IMG/VR virus record: IMGVR_UViG_3300037486_000510
Location: 1-64,000 of that record
DNA: 64,000 nucleotides
Reading direction: 5' to 3' (one strand)
DNA from: a virus
Taxonomy: Duplodnaviria > Caudoviricetes
This document shows positions 55,602-64,000 of this stretch, piece after piece; positions within the stretch are counted from its first letter, which is position 1, and the number at the start of each line of letters is the position of its first letter. A program made the position numbers and the translations under genes. The notes under the pieces were generated by a model. The model searched no databases. It worked only from the letters and a program-made list of their open reading frames with translations, and was not told where the DNA came from.

Positions 55602-57497
55602 ATGAAAATATTTGATACAACTCGCATTAGATTCTCTGAATTATATTATGATGCAATAGAATTTATAAAAACCAGTTATAGTGAATTGGGCCAATATTTT
55701 ACAATGGCATCTCCTATGGGGCAATTACTTCAGGTGATGTTGCAATATGGAAGAATGATTCTATATTATGTAGAAGATTCTATAACTGAATTAAATATAA
55801 AAACTGCATCTAGACCACAAAGTATAAAAGGTTTAGCTACTTTAACTGGTCATAGTCCATCTAGAGCTATTGCAGCAAGAGGAACAATATCTATATCTCA
55901 TAATGGCACAAAATTACCAACATATTCAAATATTTTAACTATTCCAAATTATACTAAGATTTCAAGTAATGAAAATGGCTTAACTTATACAGTTGTATTA
56001 CCGGGTGAAGAAGCTCATTTAGATTTGACGAGTCCAGTCAATTCTTTAGATTTAAATATAATTCAGGGAACAGTTGAATTTCAACAAGCAACTGGTACCG
56101 GTGATCCACTTCAATCGTTTAATTTTCAAAACAAAAAAGGTTCAACAATAGATAATTATTTTGTAAGTGTATATGTTGATGGAAAAAAATGGCAAACAGT
56201 AGATTCTATTTTAGATATGCCATTTAATCAAGAAGCAGTAATGATAAAAACCGGCCAAACAGGCGGAATAGATATTTTCTTTGGAAACGGTTATAATGGA
56301 GCTGTTCCTCGACTAGGTTCAATAATATTATTAGAATATCTTATTACTGACGGAGCTGCAGGAAATTTAAATACAATGGCAAGTAATACGGCAAATTCTT
56401 GGAATTTTACCACAAAAGGAATAGCTCTTAATGGAGAGGAAGTAGATATTAACAAATACGTTAATGTATACGTTAAAAATTCAATAATGTTTGGAGCAAT
56501 GGAAGAACCGTTATATTTAACTAGATTATTGACTCCAAGAGTATCAAGGAGTTTTGTTCTAGCAAATGAAAATAATTATATTTATTTTCTTAAAAAATTA
56601 AACATGTTTACTCTTATAGATGCTATACCAGGATTTGAAACATTTGAAGATCAATATATGCTAGATAAATACAATCAAGCAAAAACAACTTATGAAAATA
56701 TAAATGAAGAATATAGAAATTTAATTTCTACGTATGGTGTAAATTCTGGTTTAGCAACTTCTAAAAAGGCTGAATTAGATCGTGCTCAACAACAATTATA
56801 TTATTATCAAGAAAGACTTGCTGAGCAAAAATTAGATGATAATACAGTATATTTATATTTAGTTCCTGATATTTCTAAAAGATTACCTTCATCTGAAAAT
56901 TATTATACGTGTAGTACTGCTGTATTTGCTTTATCTTTAGGAGAAAAAACAGCAATTTTGGATTTAATTGAACAAAGTGGACAAAGAATTTTAACAGTTG
57001 ATAATGTAATATTGGATTTAAAACATCCAAGATTTACTTTAAATATGTCATTAATATTATGGGAAGGAACTACTTATGATACAGTTAGACAAAGTATTAT
57101 AAATAAAACATCTTCATATTTTACACAAACTACTAGAAGAGATAGAATTCCTGTATCTGATTTAATTAAAATAATTGAAAGTATTGATGGTGTAGATTCT
57201 GTAAATGTTTGGTTTGACGCAGACGCTGAAAATTTAAAAATTTATAGAACTCATTATGGAATAGATGATTACGGAGATATAATTCTTGAAAGATATATAA
57301 AAGATGCATTCGGTAAAGAAGTTCCTATTAGAGACATTTATCCTTTAATTCGTGGAGGATTTGAAAATGAATTAGGAGTTTATTATGAAGATAGTTTAAC
57401 AAAAAATAAATTATCAACTTTAAATATTCAAGTAAGAGGGTACACTTCTAAAAACTTAAATTCAGAAACAAACATAACAATTATGAATAATTTATAA
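55602..57497 (+). CDS. Baseplate wedge gp6-like protein
   Basis: TASRPQSI..LA.L.GH.P.R..AARG, YLITDGAAGN, size and position after gp25-like. Confidence 0.7.
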   Translation: MKIFDTTRIRFSELYYDAIEFIKTSYSELGQYFTMASPMGQLLQVMLQYGRMILYYVEDSITELNIKTASRPQSIKGLATLTGHSPSRAIAARGTISISHNGTKLPTYSNILTIPNYTKISSNENGLTYTVVLPGEEAHLDLTSPVNSLDLNIIQGTVEFQQATGTGDPLQSFNFQNKKGSTIDNYFVSVYVDGKKWQTVDSILDMPFNQEAVMIKTGQTGGIDIFFGNGYNGAVPRLGSIILLEYLITDGAAGNLNTMASNTANSWNFTTKGIALNGEEVDINKYVNVYVKNSIMFGAMEEPLYLTRLLTPRVSRSFVLANENNYIYFLKKLNMFTLIDAIPGFETFEDQYMLDKYNQAKTTYENINEEYRNLISTYGVNSGLATSKKAELDRAQQQLYYYQERLAEQKLDDNTVYLYLVPDISKRLPSSENYYTCSTAVFALSLGEKTAILDLIEQSGQRILTVDNVILDLKHPRFTLNMSLILWEGTTYDTVRQSIINKTSSYFTQTTRRDRIPVSDLIKIIESIDGVDSVNVWFDADAENLKIYRTHYGIDDYGDIILERYIKDAFGKEVPIRDIYPLIRGGFENELGVYYEDSLTKNKLSTLNIQVRGYTSKNLNSETNITIMNNL

Positions 57498-57501
57498 TAA
57501 T

Positions 57502-57765
57502 ATGGCAAGAAGAAGCTTATATACTGTAAGAGAATCATATTTAAATCAAGCAAAACATATAAATGATGTATTTTTGAATTTAGGATATGATTATAGAGGA
57601 AACATACTTAAGAAGGGAACTTCTCCAGAATTGTGGGCAAATCCTTTGCAAGATTCTAATTATTTAACTTTAGAAGGTATGATAACATTTATTTTAGAAC
57701 AAGCCAAATATGTTAAAAAGTGGTTTTCTATAGCACATGACAAAAATACTACTCTTATAAATTAA
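57502..57765 (+). CDS. Small baseplate-associated hypothetical protein
   Basis: 87 aa ORF tightly packed between wedge genes. Confidence 0.55.
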   Translation: MARRSLYTVRESYLNQAKHINDVFLNLGYDYRGNILKKGTSPELWANPLQDSNYLTLEGMITFILEQAKYVKKWFSIAHDKNTTLIN

Positions 57766-57767
57766 CC

Positions 57768-60700
57768 ATGAATATAGCTAACTGGATAATATTTGACAAA
57801 AAAGGGAGTCCATTAAATTGGCAGTCAGATCCTTATATTTTACTGCAATTTACAGATGCATCTGGCGTAGGCGCTGAAGGATTTTTAATCTCAGATCCAA
57901 GTGGTTATATTTCAGGCGCCGAAATTACTAACAGTGGATATTCATATACTATAACTGATACTAGTATATCGTATACATATTTATTAGGTAGTGGCACAGC
58001 AATATCTCCTGCAGATGTTACAATTACAGCCAAAGATATTTCAATTTTTAATCCTGAAGGTTCTACTGTACAAGGTATAGACAGCTTAGCAATTTCTTTA
58101 GATACGAGTGGATTTATTTATCCATCGGTTACGTATGCTGGCGCTATATTTCTTGAACCTGTTTCACAGGGGCTGGTAGAAACAGAACATCTTTTTATAC
58201 TTGAACAAATAGATTCATCAGTTTATATTAGACCACAAGATACAACTCATTCTATACTTATATTTAGAATGATGGGAGATGATAATGAAATTTCATTTTT
58301 TGAAGTAGATGATGATCAAGTAGAAATTACATGGGTTGATGAATTAATATTTGATACAGCTACGTATGTTTCTAATACGCCTATAACGCTTAACATAGGA
58401 TTTAGATCAGAATATGAAGGTATCTTTGAGAGAACTATACGAGTTTATCATCAAATTGGAGATGTTCTTTATACATTAGCTGACATTGTAGTAAATGCTG
58501 AAGCTATTGGAGAAGATGAAAGATTTAGAACTTTAATTAATAATTTTGGAGCGCCAGATCCAGTAGATTTTCCTTCTCTTTTTAAAGAAGTAGATATTAA
58601 TGAAGATCTCCCTGATTGGAAAGTTATTAATCCAAAATCAAAACATATGATTTTGGAATATGATCAAATTGTACCATATATTGGTACATATAAAGCACTT
58701 ATAAATGCAATAAAATGGTTAGGCTACGATGATGTATATATACGTGAATGGTTTAGAGATGTAAAAGAACATAGAAAATTATCGTTTATCGTTCCTTATG
58801 ATGCGCATGATAGATTACAAACTATTTTACAATTTAGTGCTGAAGCTCGAACACATCTTAAAAAACTAAACCAATTATCTTTATTCTATTGTTTAACAAG
58901 AGAAACTGGGCAAATAGATGATTGGGGTACGCCGTTGACAGAAAATTGCTATACTTATAATATTAAAGAAATATTTATTAAATTATGTGCTTTAAAAAAA
59001 TGGTTAGAAAGAAATATTATAGGCGTAAATTGTCGAATAATTGACATTACAGGAGAAGGAATATATTTTGAAAGAATTCAGAATTTAATTTATGCTACAG
59101 ATAATATAGGTTTCAATTATAATGTTTCTCAAACTTTAACGCCTTATGCGTTAGAAGAAAATTCTGAATTAATACATGGTGATGCAAGTTTAAATCTTAC
59201 ATTTTTAGAATTATCAAGAACACGCATTTTAGATTTACCATATCGTTTTATTGATATGGCAGAATATGCATGGAATCCATCAACTCCAACAGTTTATTAT
59301 TCTCTTGCTGATCCTGCTTATTTAGCTGATCCTAGTAGTTTTCTATTAGTGGGAGCAACTTTTCAATATCCATTTATCAACATTAATGAAATAATGTGGA
59401 AATTATCTGTTGAAAAAGATTTTGCAGGAGTTATTGGAAACACATTAGTTACAAAACCGTTATTTGTTCTTGAAAATGATATTAGATATTATAATATACT
59501 TGATGTGTCTTCAATATTTTTTGATACATCTACTCATTTAACAATATATCTTGAAAAAGCATATCTAAGAGATCCAAGTATTGATGTATGGACAGATTCG
59601 ATAGCATATTCAATTTATCCAAATCCATATATGTATTTAGATGCATCATATTCAAAAACAATAGTCTTATCAGGAGAATATACAATAACATCAGGAAAAG
59701 GAACAATTTATCAGTTAGATGCATCAGAAACATACAATTTATTAGGCGTTGATACTTATTCGTTTACTGTTGATACAAGCGTAGTTATATTAACTGATAC
59801 TTCTACGATAATATTGACCCCCGATGTATATGATTATGTAATGGAAACATCTACGGGAACCATTATATCATTTGACGACTATGTATCGTTTAATCCCGCT
59901 ATTTCTAGTTTACTTCAATATGCATATAATGATAATTATCATATTCCGCTTCTTAGTTTTAAATATTATGATACTATAGATAAAAATGCAACAAGAATAT
60001 CTTTAGGAGATAAATTATATCATCTAGATATTCTTGATGGTAAAATAGAGATGAATGCTGGAATGCTAACTCCTGCTACTTCTTCTGATAATCTTATAAT
60101 GTATATAAATTGGAATTATGATACGAGTTTAGAAGAACAAATGATTACTGTAAATGCTGTTTATAATTCTCCTCGTATGAAATTATATCAAGTAGATCCT
60201 GCTGCTTATTATGCGGGAGATCCATCTGGATTAACGGGGGGAAATGCTGCAAATATAATGACTATAGATAACAGTATTTATCGAATGCACGTAAATCATA
60301 TAGGAAAATATAATGTAGAATTATTTGCTTGGGACTCATATAACACTATGTTTTATAATCCGACAAAAGAAGATTATTTAGTATGGATTAAATATCCAAC
60401 AATTTATGCGTTAACTGAAAGTGCTACTTTATTGAATAAAGATGCTAGTATTTTTATGTCAATGAATGATGTCAGTATTTTAATATCAAATAATAAATAT
60501 CCTATTTTTGATAAAATCATACCGTTACAGGGATTAACTATACAATATAATGAAGGTGGAAAACCGTATGTTAATGTTCCTTCAATTACATATTTTCAAG
60601 ATGTTCCAGAATCTGGCTCTCTTAATAGATTCTATAATTTAACTGAAAGAGTTTTGACAATTTCTGGAGTTACTGTTACAATTGATCCAGATTTTCAAAA

Positions 60701-61583
60701 ATTTATTTCAGGTGATGATGTTAAATTAGTAAAATTCGACAAGCAAAGAAATACCATAACACAAGAAGTTGCAGCTCATATAAATACTGCTGTTGGAAAT
60801 ACCCTTACGTTATCTTCGGGTACTACAGTAACAGTAGATGCTTCAAGCGAAGTTTATATTTTAAATGATACTTATAGAGCTGTAACAAATGCATCAAATA
60901 ACAGTATATCAACTTCTATCATAGATATTGTAGATGCTTCATTTGCAACTACTCAGATGATTGGAATAATTGTTAATGATGGATGCACTGGATATACTTG
61001 GGGCGCTTCTTATAGAATTCAAAGTGTTATTGGAAATACTCATACACTAGATGCCAATATTCCTGAATATTTTATAAATAATCTTGGAAGATTTACAATT
61101 CAAGCGAAATATGCATTTTCAACATATTCAAATATGTTATTTGAAACTGATAGCGCAACTGAAGTTGATAATAACTTCAAAATATATTTAAAAAATTCGT
61201 ATTGTCAAGAAAAATATTTAGATAATACATTTATATATGCTAATATTTTATTTGATCATGATAGAGTTAATTTAGATTGGTATGATACTTCATGTGGATT
61301 AGATATATCAACCTTTTATTATTATAGCAGCCCTATATCAATTGATACTAGTACTATAGTAATATTAAGAGCATTATATGATCCAAGTACCTATCTTTTA
61401 AATCAAAAAAATATATGGACTGTAAGATACCATGATACTAATAAAGTTTTATTTAAAGTATTTAATAGTGATGTAGCCTATGTATTTTCAGAAGCTGGAA
61501 CATATAACGTAGAATGTATTTCTTATGATAGTTATGGAAATGCAATTACTAAATTATATGAAGGCTTTGTAAAAGTCGAGTAA
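57768..61583 (+). CDS. Large baseplate wedge protein (gp7-like core with appended domains)
   Basis: IGTYKALINAIKWLGY wedge motif; position after gp6-like. Confidence 0.55.
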   Translation: MNIANWIIFDKKGSPLNWQSDPYILLQFTDASGVGAEGFLISDPSGYISGAEITNSGYSYTITDTSISYTYLLGSGTAISPADVTITAKDISIFNPEGSTVQGIDSLAISLDTSGFIYPSVTYAGAIFLEPVSQGLVETEHLFILEQIDSSVYIRPQDTTHSILIFRMMGDDNEISFFEVDDDQVEITWVDELIFDTATYVSNTPITLNIGFRSEYEGIFERTIRVYHQIGDVLYTLADIVVNAEAIGEDERFRTLINNFGAPDPVDFPSLFKEVDINEDLPDWKVINPKSKHMILEYDQIVPYIGTYKALINAIKWLGYDDVYIREWFRDVKEHRKLSFIVPYDAHDRLQTILQFSAEARTHLKKLNQLSLFYCLTRETGQIDDWGTPLTENCYTYNIKEIFIKLCALKKWLERNIIGVNCRIIDITGEGIYFERIQNLIYATDNIGFNYNVSQTLTPYALEENSELIHGDASLNLTFLELSRTRILDLPYRFIDMAEYAWNPSTPTVYYSLADPAYLADPSSFLLVGATFQYPFININEIMWKLSVEKDFAGVIGNTLVTKPLFVLENDIRYYNILDVSSIFFDTSTHLTIYLEKAYLRDPSIDVWTDSIAYSIYPNPYMYLDASYSKTIVLSGEYTITSGKGTIYQLDASETYNLLGVDTYSFTVDTSVVILTDTSTIILTPDVYDYVMETSTGTIISFDDYVSFNPAISSLLQYAYNDNYHIPLLSFKYYDTIDKNATRISLGDKLYHLDILDGKIEMNAGMLTPATSSDNLIMYINWNYDTSLEEQMITVNAVYNSPRMKLYQVDPAAYYAGDPSGLTGGNAANIMTIDNSIYRMHVNHIGKYNVELFAWDSYNTMFYNPTKEDYLVWIKYPTIYALTESATLLNKDASIFMSMNDVSILISNNKYPIFDKIIPLQGLTIQYNEGGKPYVNVPSITYFQDVPESGSLNRFYNLTERVLTISGVTVTIDPDFQKFISGDDVKLVKFDKQRNTITQEVAAHINTAVGNTLTLSSGTTVTVDASSEVYILNDTYRAVTNASNNSISTSIIDIVDASFATTQMIGIIVNDGCTGYTWGASYRIQSVIGNTHTLDANIPEYFINNLGRFTIQAKYAFSTYSNMLFETDSATEVDNNFKIYLKNSYCQEKYLDNTFIYANILFDHDRVNLDWYDTSCGLDISTFYYYSSPISIDTSTIVILRALYDPSTYLLNQKNIWTVRYHDTNKVLFKVFNSDVAYVFSEAGTYNVECISYDSYGNAITKLYEGFVKVE

Positions 61584-61585
61584 TC

Positions 61586-64000
61586 ATGGATAATAAATTA
61601 ATATTAAGACCTTCTTCTGGCAGTACAAGAAAATTACAATTAAAAAATTTATGGACTGTTTCTCGTAAATTAATATTGCGAGCTGTAAATTATTTGTTCG
61701 GTTCGCCTCCAACCGTTATAACAACAGATCCGGTTACAAATATTTCTTCGTATAGTGCTACAGGGGGTGGTAATGTAACTGATGATGGTGGATGGCCTTA
61801 TACTGAAAGAGGCATATGCTGGGATACATCTATAAATCCTACTATATTATATTATGTACAAATGGATACTTCGTTTGGCGAAGGAACATATACGTGTGTA
61901 ATGAATAATTTAGAGCCTTCAACCCTTTATTATATTAGAGCATTAGCAGCTAATACTCGTGGTTTAACTTATGGACAAGATGTTTCATTTTACACGTTAC
62001 CAGTAACGGGTGGAGATTCAGCACTATATGTTGGAATAGGAACTATTTATGGTACTACAGATACTACATCAATTGTTGTCGCTTATGTTACTTATACAGG
62101 CAGTATTACGCCAGTTTATAGAGGAGCGTGTTGGTCTTCTTCTACTACAATGCCTACCGTAACTGATAGTTCTATACGAGATACAAGTACCGGCGCTGGA
62201 ACGTATTATAATTATTTATCTGGATTAACGCCAGATACAACTTATTATGTAAGAGCCTTTGCATATAATAACGCGCAATTAGTTTATAGTTATAATCAAC
62301 CTTTTACTACAGCTGCAGCGTATCCGCAGACAACTGCTCCAGGCGTATCTACATTGTCTCCGTATAATGTTTCTACCGGCAGCGCAACTTTGGGTGGCTA
62401 TGTTTATTCAGAAGGCAACGCTCCGCCTGTTTATCGTGGAGTTTGTTATGGTCTTTATAGTTCTCCTACTATTAATGATGCTTCGGCTCTGGATTACGCA
62501 ACTGGATTATCTAATTATTTCATTACCGTATCAGGATTAAATCCTTCTACATATTATTATACTCGAGCATTTGCTTGGAATTCTATAGGATTATCTTATG
62601 GAAGTAACTATACATTTACAACATCAACTTCAACTGGTTCTATATCTTTACCAAGTGTAGTCGTGGTAGATGTAACTGATATTTCTACATCTTCTGCTAA
62701 ATTTACTGGAAACGTAACTAGTACTGGCGGTGCAACTACATATAGAGGAGCGTGTTGGTCTGCCGAACACGGCTATCCTACTATAGCCGATTCTTCTATA
62801 CAATCTGGTAGTACTGGATCGGGATATTACGATGTTTCTATAACAGGATTAGACTGTTCAACAACATATGCTGTTAGAGCATTTGCTTGGAATTCAGCAG
62901 GAATAATATACGGATCTAAACCCCCGGCCTCTATTTATTCATTCAACACTCCAGCATGTTCTCTTATTACGTCTGCGCCAGTTGTTGAAACTGTTAGTGT
63001 TGTAAATATAGGATATACTGAAGCATCAGTAAATGGAAATGTAACACACGATGGAAGTATTGCTACAGTGTATAAAGGCATTTGTTGGGCAACACATGTA
63101 GATCCTAATAGATCAACAGACAATCATACCGTTACATCTGGGGGAGAAGGCGCTTTTACTCATAAGGCAATTTATTTAAGTCCAGGCACACTTTATCATA
63201 CTAGAGCTTACGCATATAATACAGTTGGAACTAGTTACGGAATAGATATTTCATTTAATACATTAACATCTTCATACACTGCGCCAACTGTAATAACTTC
63301 TCCGGCTACAAATGTACTTGCAACATCTGCTACTACAGGAGGAAATGTAACACACGATGGTTACGTTACACTTACATATAGAGGAATTTGTATAAGTACA
63401 AGTGCAAATCCTACTGTATTAGATACTTCTATACGACATGCAGAAACAGGAGAAGGTGTATATGCTTGCCAATTTTCTAATTTAACATCCAATACGACAT
63501 ATTATTCTCGAGCATTTGCTTATAATTCAGAAGGCATATCCTATGGCGCAGATGCATCATTTTATACTTTGCTTACATCTCCCGAAATAAAATCAATACA
63601 CGAAGGATATTACCAAGATACTGCAACATATTATATCCCAACGAACGCATCAGCTGGTGATTTTATCATAGGAGTTTTAACAACAAAAAAAGACGCTCAA
63701 TGGTTAAGTCTGCATAACAACACAACCGCTAATTTTAATATAGCGTTGAGACAAACTATGTCTAATCCAATAATATTATATGATACGCCGATGCGTTCTA
63801 TTTTATATTATGGAATATCTACCGGAATAAATGATAATTTAACTATTAAATCAACAATGTATGATGAAGACGGCACTGCATTTTCTAGCGATGCAAGAAG
63901 CTTAACATATGTTATAAAAAATCACAATGTAAATTCAGTTGACCCGACTGATCATCAATTTAATTGGAACTGCACTGCAGGTTACGGAATTTTTACTCCT
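61586..64000 (+). CDS. FN3-repeat virion protein, truncated at window end (not in ORF track)
   Basis: Manual translation from ATG 61586 open for 805 codons; six repeats of (R/K)G.C(W/Y/I)...Y..RA(F/L/Y)A.N..(G).YG...F.T. Confidence 0.85.
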   Translation, partial: MDNKLILRPSSGSTRKLQLKNLWTVSRKLILRAVNYLFGSPPTVITTDPVTNISSYSATGGGNVTDDGGWPYTERGICWDTSINPTILYYVQMDTSFGEGTYTCVMNNLEPSTLYYIRALAANTRGLTYGQDVSFYTLPVTGGDSALYVGIGTIYGTTDTTSIVVAYVTYTGSITPVYRGACWSSSTTMPTVTDSSIRDTSTGAGTYYNYLSGLTPDTTYYVRAFAYNNAQLVYSYNQPFTTAAAYPQTTAPGVSTLSPYNVSTGSATLGGYVYSEGNAPPVYRGVCYGLYSSPTINDASALDYATGLSNYFITVSGLNPSTYYYTRAFAWNSIGLSYGSNYTFTTSTSTGSISLPSVVVVDVTDISTSSAKFTGNVTSTGGATTYRGACWSAEHGYPTIADSSIQSGSTGSGYYDVSITGLDCSTTYAVRAFAWNSAGIIYGSKPPASIYSFNTPACSLITSAPVVETVSVVNIGYTEASVNGNVTHDGSIATVYKGICWATHVDPNRSTDNHTVTSGGEGAFTHKAIYLSPGTLYHTRAYAYNTVGTSYGIDISFNTLTSSYTAPTVITSPATNVLATSATTGGNVTHDGYVTLTYRGICISTSANPTVLDTSIRHAETGEGVYACQFSNLTSNTTYYSRAFAYNSEGISYGADASFYTLLTSPEIKSIHEGYYQDTATYYIPTNASAGDFIIGVLTTKKDAQWLSLHNNTTANFNIALRQTMSNPIILYDTPMRSILYYGISTGINDNLTIKSTMYDEDGTAFSSDARSLTYVIKNHNVNSVDPTDHQFNWNCTAGYGIFTP

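Noticed and set aside
920-62935. Many short ORF-track entries antisense to or out of frame within long genes (for example 920..1126, 5991..6191, 13835..14044, 15970..16338, 46571..46765, 59530..59733)
   Set aside because: They lie wholly over well-supported genes, show shadow-frame composition and have no motifs or expression signals.
1-64000. Stop-codon reassignment, as in some AT-rich Bacteroidota phages
   Set aside because: Genes are long, tile tightly in the standard code, use TGG for Trp, and both TAG (23097) and TGA (54396) act as plausible stops.
1-64000. tRNA, rRNA, CRISPR array, diversity-generating retroelement
   Set aside because: No cloverleaf or T-loop context, no regularly spaced repeats, and no reverse transcriptase or adenine-variable repeat pair were seen.
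23918-64000. D-x-S enrichment as a DNA-level motif (GATGCATC-like palindromes) or as the host D-(S/T)-X sequon
   Set aside because: Codons vary (TCN and AGY for Ser, several middle residues), and DAS/DVS/DPS/DIS do not fit the host sequon.

Overview
A 64-kb, very AT-rich, densely coding segment of a large T4-like tailed phage (myovirus) genome in the standard genetic code. The host is probably a Bacteroidota species, inferred from BACON domains, Gln-initiated signal peptides and A-rich starts without Shine-Dalgarno sites. Left third: accessory/head-associated ORFs and a replication-recombination block (UvsW-like helicase, UvsY-like protein, gp61-like primase, gp32-like SSB, RuvC-like resolvase) plus an amidase endolysin. 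Middle (20-50 kb, minus strand): virion structural genes and large lectin/adhesin/depolymerase proteins (LamG, BACON, FN3, right-handed beta-helix including a PL9-type lyase). Right (plus strand): a ribosomal-S1-like gene, a GIY-YIG endonuclease, neck and baseplate genes and a truncated FN3-repeat gene. Four free-standing homing-endonuclease-like genes are present. I found no tRNA, rRNA or CRISPR array. Most notable: (1) eight ORFs with mostly unrelated bodies share an N-terminal leader resembling the T4 capsid-targeting sequence followed by a conserved KF-x4-DPIxDxGIG peptide, suggesting a tagged-cargo injection system; (2) a strong D-x-S enrichment confined to outer virion proteins, suggesting a phage-specific modification sequon; (3) an 8-9-nt-periodic CUAA leader in front of the SSB gene; (4) three intergenic TTAACA-N5-TTAACA boxes; (5) a three-way-junction element between convergent late-promoter-like motifs. 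All calls are from motif recognition and hand counts; no database searches were run.
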